A stretch of 64,000 nt of DNA, from the NCBI GenBank assembly GCA_041947015.1, contig JBHGBL010000003.1, positions 76,148 to 140,147 on the forward strand, written 5' to 3'. The position numbers and the translations under genes were made by a program. Origin of the DNA: Vicinamibacterales bacterium (GTDB taxonomy: Bacteria > Acidobacteriota > Vicinamibacteria > Vicinamibacterales > Fen-181). A model generated the notes under the pieces. That model did no database searches. It worked only from the letters and a program-made list of their open reading frames with translations, and was not told the DNA's origin. Shown here in pieces: positions 9,674 through 19,237 of this stretch (position 1 is the first letter of the stretch; each line of letters begins with the position of its first letter).

Positions 9674-10732
9674 CTAGGCGAGCTCCGGTAGGTGGGAGGC
9701 GAGGATCTCCATGAGACGCTCGAACCGAGCGTAGCGGCGAAGGTTGGTGCGCACATACTGCAGCGTGCGGGCCGTGTACTGGATGTAGACGGGGTTCTGC
9801 CGGACGACCGTCTGGTAGCCGAAAGTGCCGAGTGCTTTCAGGTTGCGCTGGAGCGACATCAGGTCGAAGCGCCGCCGGAAGTCTCGCGCGTAGGGGCTCG
9901 CCGCCTCGCCGACCGCTATCCCTCGAAGGGCGCCCTTGAGGGCGAGGAAGTACGCGATGAGATCCTCGACCGCTTCTTCGGTGAAGTCCGTGTACGCGTC
10001 GCGCAGCAGTGAGGCCAGGTCGTAGGTGTCCGGGCCCATCCGCGCATCCTGGAAGTCGATTATGTAGAGCCCGTCTCGCCGGAGCATGAGGTTCCGGCTG
10101 TGGTAGTCGCGGTGGCAGAGAACACGTGGCTCTGCTGCCAACTCCTCCACGACAGGCACCCACTCGGCCTGGAGGGCTTCCCTCTCAGCTTGCGAGAGCC
10201 GTATGCCGCGGTAGCCCTCGACGAAGTGTTTGAGAAAGAAATTGAGCTCCCACGTCAGCTTCTCGACATCGAAGGCGATGCCGTACGGGATGAACTCTGC
10301 CGACTCGAGTTCCCTGCCGCGCTCCTGGATCCTTTCGATGAACCCGACCGCCTGCCTGTAGAGGGCCTGGTGCTGCGCCTGTGACGCGGCGCCGAGGTGC
10401 GCCTGCAGGGTGACGTCGCCGAGATCCTCGACCGCGAGGATGCCGAGGTCTCCGGCGTGATCGAGGATGGCGGGTATGGGCACCGGCACCTGCTCCAACA
10501 GGCGCGCCACGTTGACGAACGGCAGCGTTTCGAAATCGAACGGCGCCGCATGCAGCGCCACGACAAGGGACTCGCCGCCTGGCTTGAGCAGGCGGAAATA
10601 CCGGCGGTCGGATGCGTCTCCGGTGAGCGGGAAGGCGGTGGCACCGAGAGCGGCCAGGCCTCTGCGTTCCAGGTAGGCGTTGACTTCAGGCGGGACTGGT
10701 GGCCTGTCGGCGGGCAGCAGGTTTGCAGCCAT
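9674..10732 (-). CDS. amgK: aminoglycoside-phosphotransferase-fold kinase, AmgK-like anomeric MurNAc/GlcNAc kinase
   Basis: N-terminal GDASDRRYFRL motif, Brenner HRDYHSRN and DFQDA motifs. It sits directly downstream of a MurU-like nucleotidyltransferase; this gene pairing defines the peptidoglycan-recycling bypass. Confidence 0.6.
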   Translation of the reverse strand: MAANLLPADRPPVPPEVNAYLERRGLAALGATAFPLTGDASDRRYFRLLKPGGESLVVALHAAPFDFETLPFVNVARLLEQVPVPIPAILDHAGDLGILAVEDLGDVTLQAHLGAASQAQHQALYRQAVGFIERIQERGRELESAEFIPYGIAFDVEKLTWELNFFLKHFVEGYRGIRLSQAEREALQAEWVPVVEELAAEPRVLCHRDYHSRNLMLRRDGLYIIDFQDARMGPDTYDLASLLRDAYTDFTEEAVEDLIAYFLALKGALRGIAVGEAASPYARDFRRRFDLMSLQRNLKALGTFGYQTVVRQNPVYIQYTARTLQYVRTNLRRYARFERLMEILASHLPELA

Positions 10733-10763
10733 CTCGAGCGTGCTCCTTCAATCCACTTCGGCC

Positions 10764-11774
10764 TCAGAGATCCGCGCCTGCACGCGGCACGGAGTCGAGC
10801 GGTGCCGCGTAGAAACCGGATGCGATTCTGGCGGCCAAGGCCGCGGGCAGGTCTTCTCGTCTGACCACCGCTGAACGTTCCAGCCGCGTTCCCGCCGGTA
10901 GGCGAACGCCGTCGGCCACCACGCATTCCGTCAGCCGGCAGTCCTCTCCCACCGTGACATCGTCCCATATCGCGGTGCGCGCCACCGTGGCGCCCGGTGA
11001 GATCGACACCCGCCGGCCGGTAGGCAGGTCTTGCAGCCCCTCCTGGGCAGAGACGGCGAGGGCTGCGGCCAGATAGTCGGCCGGCGTGCCGACGTCGTGA
11101 AATGGCGCCGAGCTCTCGAACGCTCGAACAGCGCCCTCGTGCCGGGCCATGAGCTGCGGGTATAGTGCTTTGACGCTCTCTGCGTGGCGGTCGGCGGCCA
11201 GTGGCTCGAACACGGATGCCTCTACGGCCTGTATACCGACGAAGTGCAGCGCCCTCCACCCGGCCTGCTCTGAGCCGGCGCAGGAGCGCCCGAAACAACG
11301 GACCCGCCCCTCGTCATCGACGTACACGCTGCTGTAGCGCGCCGGGTCCGGGTTTGGGACCAGGGCCATGGTCACTTGCGCCCCGCTCCTCTCGTGGCTC
11401 TCGACGAGCGCGCGGATGTCGATCGGGCACAGCGTGTCCCCGTTGATGATGATGAAGCGCGGAGCGTCGATGAGCGCCAGAGCGTGCTTCGGGCCTCCGG
11501 CCGATCCCAGGATGACAGGTTCGCGCGAGTAGCTGACTTGGAGGCCGAGATCCCGCCCTTCAGCGACTGCCGCCTCGATAGTCTCAGGCTTGTGGTGTAG
11601 GTTGATGACGGCCCTCTTCGTTCCATGCGACCGGATGTACTTCAACAGGCGCCGCACCACCGTTTCGCCCGCCAACGGGAAAGCTGGCTTCGCGCGAACG
11701 AAAGTGAGAGGGCGGCAGCGCGTCCCGAGCCCCGCAGCCAGGACGAGTGCAGGGTAGCTGACGTCGTGTTTCAC
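10764..11774 (-). CDS. murU: sugar-1-phosphate nucleotidyltransferase (MurU-like) with a C-terminal left-handed beta-helix
   Basis: Has the NTP-transferase motif LVLAAGLGTRCRPLT. The start was re-set to a GTG that overlaps the CYTH stop (GTGA), because the 653-aa track ORF is a run-through across the CYTH gene in another frame. Confidence 0.6.
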   Translation of the reverse strand: MKHDVSYPALVLAAGLGTRCRPLTFVRAKPAFPLAGETVVRRLLKYIRSHGTKRAVINLHHKPETIEAAVAEGRDLGLQVSYSREPVILGSAGGPKHALALIDAPRFIIINGDTLCPIDIRALVESHERSGAQVTMALVPNPDPARYSSVYVDDEGRVRCFGRSCAGSEQAGWRALHFVGIQAVEASVFEPLAADRHAESVKALYPQLMARHEGAVRAFESSAPFHDVGTPADYLAAALAVSAQEGLQDLPTGRRVSISPGATVARTAIWDDVTVGEDCRLTECVVADGVRLPAGTRLERSAVVRREDLPAALAARIASGFYAAPLDSVPRAGADL

Positions 11775-12328
11775 GGCTCGTCGAACAGCATATCGGTCGC
11801 AGTCAGGCCGCGTTCCTGGCAGTACTGGCTGAAAAGGCTCCTGTAGGAATCCGCGAGGTACTCGTCCGCCGTCCGCCCGAGCGCTGCGGCCGCTTCGTTG
11901 ATCCCGTTCTCGCTGCCCTCGATCTCCACGAACGTGCCTATCGGCGTCTCGTCGACCGCGAGAATCGTCTCCGTGTAGCCGAACTCTTCGCGGTACTTCT
12001 GGTAGCGGAACGAGACCGTGAAGCCGAGCTGCTCGAGGAGGCGCAGGAGCGTGTCGCCGTCTCCGACGACGGTTTCGAGCTCCTCGCGGAGCTTCATCGC
12101 GGATGGCTGCATCGGACCCTTGAAGGTCAGAAGACTCTTGCCCGGCTCTATCCTCACCCGCAGCACGCACTGCTGGCCGCGCAGCCGGCCATCCGGCGTG
12201 TCGAGGAGGTAGTCTTCCTGCAGTCGCCTGCCGCGCATCGGGCTCGCGCCCAGGCCGACGATGGCCGCCCGCGCCTCCGCCGGGCCCTGGAATCGCAGCT
12301 TTATTTCGCGTTCGAGCGTTGACTGCAT
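11771..12328 (-). CDS. CYTH-domain triphosphate tunnel metalloenzyme (class IV adenylate cyclase / triphosphatase fold)
   Basis: 185 aa starting MQSTLEREIKLRF, with the CYTH ExExK N-terminal signature. Confidence 0.6.
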   Translation of the reverse strand: MQSTLEREIKLRFQGPAEARAAIVGLGASPMRGRRLQEDYLLDTPDGRLRGQQCVLRVRIEPGKSLLTFKGPMQPSAMKLREELETVVGDGDTLLRLLEQLGFTVSFRYQKYREEFGYTETILAVDETPIGTFVEIEGSENGINEAAAALGRTADEYLADSYRSLFSQYCQERGLTATDMLFDEP

Positions 12329-12367
12329 GTCCTTCTCCCGCGTGGGCGCACCGGTTCTGCGGGTAGT

Positions 12368-13504
12368 TTATCCCAACGTCGCCCCGGCATCCCGGGCCAG
12401 AATCAGCACCTTGTGGGTTGCGCCGAACCCCTCCGGCAGCAGCAGCGTCTTGAGGGCCAGGCGCCGAGCGATTTCGCCGGCTGTTCGCCCCGCCCCAGCG
12501 TTCCGCTCGACGACGCCGAGGCCGAGCAGGTAGTGCATCTGGTCGCACGACTGGACGGTTCTGAGCCCCAAGTCTGCCGCCGCTGCCCGGAGCGCGGTGA
12601 AGTCGACGTGAGAAGTCATGTCGCACGACCCAGGGGCGAAGAGCCAGGGAGCACCGGCGCCGCCTTCGCCCGACATGTGCGCGACATGGCGCGTGTAGCT
12701 GCGGAGAGTCCCGGCAGAGTGCCAACGCGCCGAGAGGCTCTCCGATTCGTAGCCATAGTCCACGAGCAGGACGAAACCGCGGGCCAGGCTGGCGGAAACG
12801 CGCCGCAGGAATTCCAGCGCCGCAAGGTTCACTTCGGTCCGCCAGCCCGCCTCGAGTTGCCCGCCACGCCGTTCGAGGTACTCCAGAATGAGCGGTGTCG
12901 ATGGCTCGCCTTCTATCTCCACGAGGCGACCGCGTTGCACGTCGATCAGAACTTCGCGCAGGCCGTGCTCCCGCATCACGACGACGTGAACCGGCATGGC
13001 GTCGAGCAGCTCGTTCGCGAAGAGTATGCCGGCGAAGCGCTCGGGGAGACGGTCGCTGCTCGAGACGAGCTTCGCTTCATGGCGAGCGAGCATGTCCTTG
13101 TGTGCCGTGCGAGCGGCCGGGCTTCGCTCGACCAGGTGCAGGCGGATTGAATCATAGAAGGCGGCAAACGGCGCCGCAGCGTCGAGCACGTCTCGTGCGA
13201 GGCGGCCGTCGCCCGCGCCTGCCTCCACGAGGTCCACGGAGGCGGGTGCACCCATCCGCTGCCACTTGTGCACGAAATCCAAAGAGAGGGCCTCTCCGAA
13301 AAGGGAGCCGAGGTCCGGGCTGGTGATGAAGTCTCCCCGCGCACCCGAACGCCGGCCGGCCGCAGAGTAATAGCCGGAATCCGGGTGGTAGAGTGCGAGC
13401 TCCATGAAGGCGGCGTAGCTCATGGGCCCGCGTTCGGAAATGGCGGAACGAACGAGGTCGATCAACAGCAGGCGCTCAGAACTCCGGTTCGCTCCCAAGC
13501 CCAC
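12368..13504 (-). CDS. class I SAM-dependent methyltransferase, MidA/NDUFAF7 (DUF185) family
   Basis: Has FMELALYHPDSGYY, the SAM motif VEAGAGDGRLARD and ITSPD; overall a MidA-type architecture. Confidence 0.7.
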   Translation of the reverse strand: MGLGANRSSERLLLIDLVRSAISERGPMSYAAFMELALYHPDSGYYSAAGRRSGARGDFITSPDLGSLFGEALSLDFVHKWQRMGAPASVDLVEAGAGDGRLARDVLDAAAPFAAFYDSIRLHLVERSPAARTAHKDMLARHEAKLVSSSDRLPERFAGILFANELLDAMPVHVVVMREHGLREVLIDVQRGRLVEIEGEPSTPLILEYLERRGGQLEAGWRTEVNLAALEFLRRVSASLARGFVLLVDYGYESESLSARWHSAGTLRSYTRHVAHMSGEGGAGAPWLFAPGSCDMTSHVDFTALRAAAADLGLRTVQSCDQMHYLLGLGVVERNAGAGRTAGEIARRLALKTLLLPEGFGATHKVLILARDAGATLG

Positions 13505-13676
13505 ACAGAGTCGCGACTCGCGCCCGGGCGGAAAGTCACGTTGTGGAACGTGCGCCGAGGCGTCCTCCGTTCGTCAACGAACGGCCAGCGATCGGCTGTC
13601 GGCAGCCAGCGCAGGAGCCCTGGCGAAGGCGCCGGCTGTTGGCCGCCGAAAACCGAAGGCTGAGATCTCTTCGATG

Positions 13677-15194
13677 TCAGTCCTTGCGGACCATGCGGAA
13701 CATCCGCTGCCCGCCGCGCCAGATCAGTATCCCGGCGTGCGACCCGGACTGGACCTGTCCAAGGAGACGGCTCGCATCGCCGGGGCTCGAAACCGGCTCT
13801 CGGTTCACCTCGAGTATCACGTCTCCCCTCCGAATGTCGGCGCGGCTCGCCGGGCTCGCTGGCTCCACCGAAACTACCAACGCCCCTGTCACGCCTGCCG
13901 GCAGGTTCAGCTGCCGCTCGACGGTCGGTGTGATCTCGCCGAGCTGGAGGCCGAACCCTGCGCTGCCTTCCTCACCGCCCGACTCGGATCCCCTGCCGCC
14001 GCTGCGCTCGGCCTCGAGGTCGAGCTCCTCGACGGTGACCTTGAGGGTTCGCTCCTGCCTGGCGCGCAGGACTTTCACCGGGACCGTGGTGCCTGGCTTG
14101 GTCTTCATGACCATCTCTATGAAGTGGTCTCGATCGCGCACCGGCTGTCCGTTGTACTCGATGACCACGTCGCCCGGCTCCATGCCAGCCCGCGCCGCCG
14201 GGCTGTCAGGCAGTACGCTGTCCACGAGAGTACCTTGCCGCTCCTTCAGTCCCAGTTCGTCGGTGGCGTCCGAGGGTACCGGCCCGACGGTCACGCCAAT
14301 CCGGCCCCGCGTCACCTTTCCTGTGCGCAGTTGCGGCAGCAGGTCCCGAACCGCGTTGATCGGGACCGCGAACCCGATGCCTAGGTTCCCTTCGAAGCGG
14401 CCGTTGCTCAGGATGGCTGTGTTTATACCCACCACCTCGCCCCGCACATTGAGGAGCGGCCCACCCGAATTGCCCGGGTTGATTGCCGCGTCTGTCTGGA
14501 GCATTGCCTGACTGCGCTGTTCGGCGGTGAAGAAGGGCCTGCCGACGCCGCTGATCACGCCAACGGTGACCGTGTGCGCGATGCCGAACGGGTTGCCGAT
14601 TGCCATGACCCAGTCGCCGGGCTGCACCTGGCTGGAATCGCCGAACCTCGCCTCAGGCAGCGGCTTCGCATGCTTCTCGACGAGCTGTATGAGCGCACTG
14701 TCGGTCAGCTGATCCCGCCCCACGACCTTGGCCTCGTACTCCCTGTCTTCACCGAACAAGGTGACCGCGATCTTCGTGGCCCCTTCGACGACGTGGTTGT
14801 TCGTCAGGACCAGGCCCTCGCGGCTGACGATGAACCCGCTGCCCGCCGACTCGGTCACTTGCGTCCGATCGCGCGGCCGTTGCCCCTGCTCGTCCGGGAA
14901 GCCGAAGAAGCGGCGGAACGGATCCTCGCCGAAGAAGTCCGTCATGTCCTGGGTGCGCCGGCGCGACTCGGTCCTGATGTTGACGACCATCGGCATCTGC
15001 GCCTGCGCGATATTGCGGAAGGTGGTGGCGTCGATAGGCCCCGAGAGCGGCGCGCTGTTCATCGGCGGCGCCACCATGGTCTGCGCCGACGACTCCGGCG
15101 AGAGCTCCATCCGCGAGGCGATCACCATGCCCACCGCGAGGGAAGCGACAGCAACCAACAGGGTATAGAACAGCGTGGTCTTCCGCGTTGACAT
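13677..15194 (-). CDS. degP: Do/DegP/HtrA periplasmic serine endoprotease (trypsin domain plus two PDZ domains)
   Basis: Has the catalytic motifs TNNHVV and GNSGGPL and two PDZ segments. The start was re-set to the internal ATG (MSTRKTT plus signal anchor), which is preceded by GGAGG; upstream of that the ORF is a run-through. Confidence 0.85.
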   Translation of the reverse strand: MSTRKTTLFYTLLVAVASLAVGMVIASRMELSPESSAQTMVAPPMNSAPLSGPIDATTFRNIAQAQMPMVVNIRTESRRRTQDMTDFFGEDPFRRFFGFPDEQGQRPRDRTQVTESAGSGFIVSREGLVLTNNHVVEGATKIAVTLFGEDREYEAKVVGRDQLTDSALIQLVEKHAKPLPEARFGDSSQVQPGDWVMAIGNPFGIAHTVTVGVISGVGRPFFTAEQRSQAMLQTDAAINPGNSGGPLLNVRGEVVGINTAILSNGRFEGNLGIGFAVPINAVRDLLPQLRTGKVTRGRIGVTVGPVPSDATDELGLKERQGTLVDSVLPDSPAARAGMEPGDVVIEYNGQPVRDRDHFIEMVMKTKPGTTVPVKVLRARQERTLKVTVEELDLEAERSGGRGSESGGEEGSAGFGLQLGEITPTVERQLNLPAGVTGALVVSVEPASPASRADIRRGDVILEVNREPVSSPGDASRLLGQVQSGSHAGILIWRGGQRMFRMVRKD

Positions 15195-15628
15195 TCCAAT
15201 CCTCCAGCCTTCGCTCCGCGCATGGGGCACGCGCGGAAGCGAGCGGTAGGGACTAAGGGAACGCTTTCCTTTTCGGCCAGCCTTGGCTCCGCGCACGCGG
15301 GCGCGAGGCGAGCGGCGCTCACTGGTGTTTGGACGACGGAAAAGCGCCTGCGGCTTCCACGCCGGCCTTCGAGCCATCCGGTCGCGCCCGCTCGTCGGTT
15401 CCTTCGGGCAGGCCTGATCAAAGTATACTCCCGGCACTGCAGGCTCTGCAGTAGGGTGGCTTCGGTTCTGTCCACCTTGGTGAGCTCTGGAGGATCAGAT
15501 CTGGCCTATCCGAGCGCGGGTCCGATCCAGAGTGGTCGTGCGAGACGGGCCGCAGGCGCGCAACAGCCAGCGTCGACCGTCGATCCGCCAGGTGGCCTTG
15601 CCCGGCTTTGAGGTGGCAGGAGAGGGAG

Positions 15629-15663
15629 GCCGGGCGGCGCGCGACATCCGTCGCCGCCCGGTC
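15629..15663 (-). terminator. GC-rich hairpin (10-bp perfect inverted repeat with a 12-nt loop) immediately 3' of the 15672..16112 gene
   Basis: ccgggcggcg ... cgccgcccgg read directly. There is no clear U-tract, so it may be Rho-independent or merely an RNA-stabilising hairpin. Confidence 0.3.
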
Positions 15664-15671
15664 AATGAGCG

Positions 15672-16112
15672 TCAGAACTTCTTGACCTGCTTCGCCTTGA
15701 TGTCACCGTTCGCGTGCCGGAACACGTAGTTGTTACGCGCCATCTTGGCGTCGCGCACCGTCGTCAGCGTGATGGTGAGCTCTTCCTGGGGCTGCAGCAG
15801 CTTCTTGTGGCGGTATCTGTCACCGCCCGGAACCATGTTGCCGCTCTTGTCGTACCAGAATTCCTCACACTGAAGTCCCGCGATCGGCCCGAGCGACACG
15901 TTCTTCACCTTCACCGTCGTGATGACCGTGTTGGTCTTCCAGTCGACCTTCGACTCGGTCGGGAGAACCAGGATTTCGGCGACTCCCTTGACGGGCGGCG
16001 TCCACTTCGTCTGTGTGGCTGGCGGCGTCTGCCCAGCAGCCAACATCGAAGTCGACGCAAGCAGCCCGGCGGCCAGAGCTAACGCCACCGGAGCGCGGTA
16101 ACCACGAATCAT
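15672..16112 (-). CDS. hypothetical small secreted protein with a signal peptide
   Basis: 146 aa with an N-terminal hydrophobic signal (VALALAAGLLASTSMLAAGQ) and a Lys-rich beta-strand-like body. No family was recognised. Confidence 0.55.
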   Translation of the reverse strand: MIRGYRAPVALALAAGLLASTSMLAAGQTPPATQTKWTPPVKGVAEILVLPTESKVDWKTNTVITTVKVKNVSLGPIAGLQCEEFWYDKSGNMVPGGDRYRHKKLLQPQEELTITLTTVRDAKMARNNYVFRHANGDIKAKQVKKF

Positions 16113-16231
16113 AATGACCTCCAGGGGGCGGAGTGAGTAGGCCTCACAGCACTAGCCAGTCGAATTATAGTACCTTTGCGGCGTCAGCTCAATAACCGCT
16201 CCGGCCGGACGCGGGCGACCGCAGCCGGCAG

Positions 16232-16690
16232 CTACATCTCGCCGTTCCAGTCTTCCGGTTCGGCCTGGTTCGAGCGAAAAATCTCAAGGTGCCACTTGCC
16301 GCCGCCCCACGGTTCGATTACCTCCGTCGCCACGACGTCCACCAGTATTTCCGCGAAAGTACGGCCCTCCGGGTCCCCTTCCAGGTGGTAGGCAGCCTCG
16401 TCCCAGGAGAAGTTCGCATAGAGGACGATGGTGAGGAAAAGATCGTAGCCGTCGTCGATGACGAGTATCTGGCCGCAGGGGCGTTTGATTGTCGAGTGGT
16501 AGATCAGGTACTTCTCGGCGCTGTGTGCCCTTATGTAGCGCTTTATGGCGAACTCGCGCGCGACAATCTCCTCGACGGCGATCTTCTTGTCCCAGCAGTC
16601 GCGGCAATAGCGCTCCTCGCCGCGGGGCTCGGAAACTTCCTTCGCCCCGCACAGCGCGCAACGCGACTTGGCAATCGACTTCCTGGACAT
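16232..16690 (-). CDS. hypothetical protein with an N-terminal CxxC...CxxC zinc ribbon and an acidic C-terminus
   Basis: 152 aa with CALCG...CRDC. It begins 53 nt downstream of glgP on the same strand. The third-position GC is coding-like. Confidence 0.5.
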   Translation of the reverse strand: MSRKSIAKSRCALCGAKEVSEPRGEERYCRDCWDKKIAVEEIVAREFAIKRYIRAHSAEKYLIYHSTIKRPCGQILVIDDGYDLFLTIVLYANFSWDEAAYHLEGDPEGRTFAEILVDVVATEVIEPWGGGKWHLEIFRSNQAEPEDWNGEM

Positions 16691-16743
16691 CGAGGCATTC
16701 TAGCCGGTGAGACCGGGGGCAGCAAGGCGGCCAGGCGGCCGGC

Positions 16744-18879
16744 TCACTGCCTGGCTTGCGCGGCCAGCGCGGGGAGGTACATCTTCTCGACGTACTGCTT
16801 CACCATGCGGCGGGCCGAGAAGCGGGCCCCCGCGCTGCGTATCGCTTCCTTGACGACGGCCACCCAGCGGCGGGGCACACCCTTGTCGTCCCGGTCGTAG
16901 AAAGCAGGGATGATCTCTTCCTCGAGGAGCCGGTAGAGCGCATCGGCGTCGGCGGCATCCTGCGCGCCCCAGTCGTCTGGGTTCGCGCGGCCCTCGATGA
17001 GCCAGCCGTTCTTGCCGTTGTAGCCCTCGGCCCACCAGCCGTCGCCGACGCTCAGGTGCGGAACGCCGTTCAGGGCTGCCTTCATCCCGCTGGTACCGCT
17101 TGCCTCCAGCGGCTTGCGAGGGTTGTTGAGCCAGACATCCACGCCCTGCGACAGGAAATGAGCGACGTGCAGGTCGTAGTCGTCGAGGAAGGCGATGCGG
17201 CCGCCGAAGGCCGGGTCGAGCGCCCGGCGGTAAATGCGTTGGAGATGGTGCTTGCCCGGGTCGTCGGCCGGGTGGGACTTGCCCGCAAAGATGACCTGAA
17301 CCGGACGCCGCCAGGCGGAGAGGATGCGCGCCAGCCGTTCGGGGTCGTGGAAGATCAGATCCGGCCGCTTGTAGCCGGTGATCCGCCGTGCGAAGCCGAT
17401 CGTCAGAGCCTCGGGATGCAGCAGGGTCCCTGCCGCGATGACCTGCGCAGGACTGGCGTTGTCGTGGATCCAGCGGTTTCGTGCCCGCTCCAGCACGAAG
17501 GAGAACAAGTACCCGCGCAGCGCTCGGCGCATCTCCCAGACTGCCTCGTCCGGGACGTCCAGGATCCGGTCCCACAAGGACTGCTCGTCCTGGTGGTCGC
17601 GCCAATCGGGGCCGAGATACCTGTCGAAAAGAGCCGCAACCTCGGCGGCCACCCATGTGCCGACATGGACGCCGTTCGTGATCGAACGAACCGGGATATC
17701 CTGTTCCTGGACGCCAGGCCAGATTGGTGCCCACATCCTCCTGGTTACTGTGCCATGAAGTTGGCTGACGGCATTGACAGAGCCCGACGTGCGCAGCGCC
17801 AGAGCGGTCATGTTGAACATGGTGCCGCCGCCATTGTCGTACGCGCCGAGAGCTAGGAACCGGTCGCGGTAGTCGCCCAGCGTACCCCACGCGCCCGCCA
17901 GGTGTTTCTCGACGAGGTTGAACGGGAAGGCGTCGTGCCCCGCGGCCACCGGAGTGTGCGTGGTGAAGACGGTGGTTTCCCGCACTTCTTCCAGCGCGCG
18001 TTCGAAGCTCAGCCCGCCCTCGAGCGCCTCGCGGATCCGCTGCAGCGATACGAAGGCAGCGTGGCCCTCGTTGAGGTGCCAGACCGCTGGCGTGACCCCG
18101 ACCGCGTGCAGCGCCCGGACACCGCCTAGTCCAAGGACTATCTCCTGCTGCACTCGCGTTTCCTGGTCGCCTCCGTAGAGCCGGGCCGACAGCTCCCTAT
18201 CCCACGGCGCGTTCTCCTCGAGATCCGTATCGAGGAGATACAGCTTGACGTGCCCGATGTCTACGACGAAGACCGCCGCCAGCACGGTCCGGTTGCCGAG
18301 CGGGACGGCAACCACGCACGGCGTGCCGTCCTTTCTCACGGCCGTCCTGACCGGTGCGTACGACCAGTCGATGCGCTCGTAGATCTCCTGCTGCCACCCA
18401 TCCGCGCTCACGTGCTGATGGAAGTATCCCTGGGGATACATGAACCCTACGCCCACGAACGGGAGCCCGAGGTCGCTTGCCTCCTTGCAGGTGTCGCCTG
18501 CGAGGACGCCGAGCCCGCCTGCGTAAATCGGCAGCGACTGGTGCAGCGCGAACTCCGCCGAGAAGTACGCTATCGAGCCTTCGAGGCCGGCCAGCCGCCC
18601 CCTCGCCCAGGTGCCCTCGCCCGACCTGGCCTTGTCCAGCGCGGCGACCGTGCTGTCGTAGAGCGCGAGAAACCGCGGATCCCTAGCCGCCGCCTCGAGA
18701 CGCTCCGGCGGGATCACCCGCAGGATGCGCACGGGGTTGTGCGCCGTGGAGCGCCAGATCGAGTAGTCGAGCGTGCGGAACAGAGCCCTCGCGTCGGGCT
18801 GCCAGCTCCACCACAGGTCGGAAGCGATTTCGCCCAGGCGCGCGATGCGGTCCGGTAGTAGGACGGTTTCATGGTTCAT
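16744..18879 (-). CDS. glgP: alpha-glucan phosphorylase (GT35 glycogen/maltodextrin phosphorylase family)
   Basis: 711 aa with the PLP-lysine motif EASGTSGMK and a GT35 core. Confidence 0.85.
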   Translation of the reverse strand: MNHETVLLPDRIARLGEIASDLWWSWQPDARALFRTLDYSIWRSTAHNPVRILRVIPPERLEAAARDPRFLALYDSTVAALDKARSGEGTWARGRLAGLEGSIAYFSAEFALHQSLPIYAGGLGVLAGDTCKEASDLGLPFVGVGFMYPQGYFHQHVSADGWQQEIYERIDWSYAPVRTAVRKDGTPCVVAVPLGNRTVLAAVFVVDIGHVKLYLLDTDLEENAPWDRELSARLYGGDQETRVQQEIVLGLGGVRALHAVGVTPAVWHLNEGHAAFVSLQRIREALEGGLSFERALEEVRETTVFTTHTPVAAGHDAFPFNLVEKHLAGAWGTLGDYRDRFLALGAYDNGGGTMFNMTALALRTSGSVNAVSQLHGTVTRRMWAPIWPGVQEQDIPVRSITNGVHVGTWVAAEVAALFDRYLGPDWRDHQDEQSLWDRILDVPDEAVWEMRRALRGYLFSFVLERARNRWIHDNASPAQVIAAGTLLHPEALTIGFARRITGYKRPDLIFHDPERLARILSAWRRPVQVIFAGKSHPADDPGKHHLQRIYRRALDPAFGGRIAFLDDYDLHVAHFLSQGVDVWLNNPRKPLEASGTSGMKAALNGVPHLSVGDGWWAEGYNGKNGWLIEGRANPDDWGAQDAADADALYRLLEEEIIPAFYDRDDKGVPRRWVAVVKEAIRSAGARFSARRMVKQYVEKMYLPALAAQARQ

Positions 18880-19164
18880 GTTCGTTCATGCCGGTTTCCC
18901 TGCCCGGTCGGCGCCGAGAAAAGACCCAGAAGCCGCAGGCACCTCGATCTCGTGAATGCCGCAGAGGAATGGCGGCTTCGAATTCTCGAAATACCTGGTC
19001 GGGCAGGCCTACGCCTCATCGTAGTCGTCCGTCCGTCCGAGCGTCAACGGCCGCGCGAACGGCGCGCTGATCCCGTCGCAGGGGTGGCGTGCCGCCGCCG
19101 GGCTCGCCGGAGGGTCCATGCGCCCCTCAGCGGTCGCCGCTGTGTTCACCAAGTCGCGCGCTCG

Positions 19165-19193
19165 GCTTGACGACGGCGGCTCTCGAGCATACA
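19165..19193 (+). promoter_or_regulatory. candidate sigma-70 promoter (TTGACG - 17 nt - TACAGT) upstream of the asparaginase-family gene
   Basis: Hexamers read in the 360-bp divergent intergenic region; the -10 lies about 45 nt before the start codon. Confidence 0.25.
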
Positions 19194-19237
19194 GTCCGGC
19201 TGTGCAGCCGCTAGGCGACTGTGTGACAGGAGTGCCG

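Noticed and set aside
10764-12725. 653-aa track ORF
   Set aside because: Its 5' two-thirds overlap the CYTH gene (11771..12328) in another frame and read as Arg/Gly-rich nonsense. The real gene is the MurU-like nucleotidyltransferase starting at a GTG at about 11774.
16284-16661. 125-aa minus ORF and 16289..16900 plus ORF overlapping the zinc-ribbon gene
   Set aside because: These are alternative-frame shadows. The 16232..16690 frame has the zinc-ribbon motif and coding-like third-position bias.
18875-18905. Triple ttcatg repeat (three consecutive ATGs on the minus strand at the glgP start)
   Set aside because: It is simply the MNHE N-terminus of glgP plus upstream sequence and has no repeat-element character.
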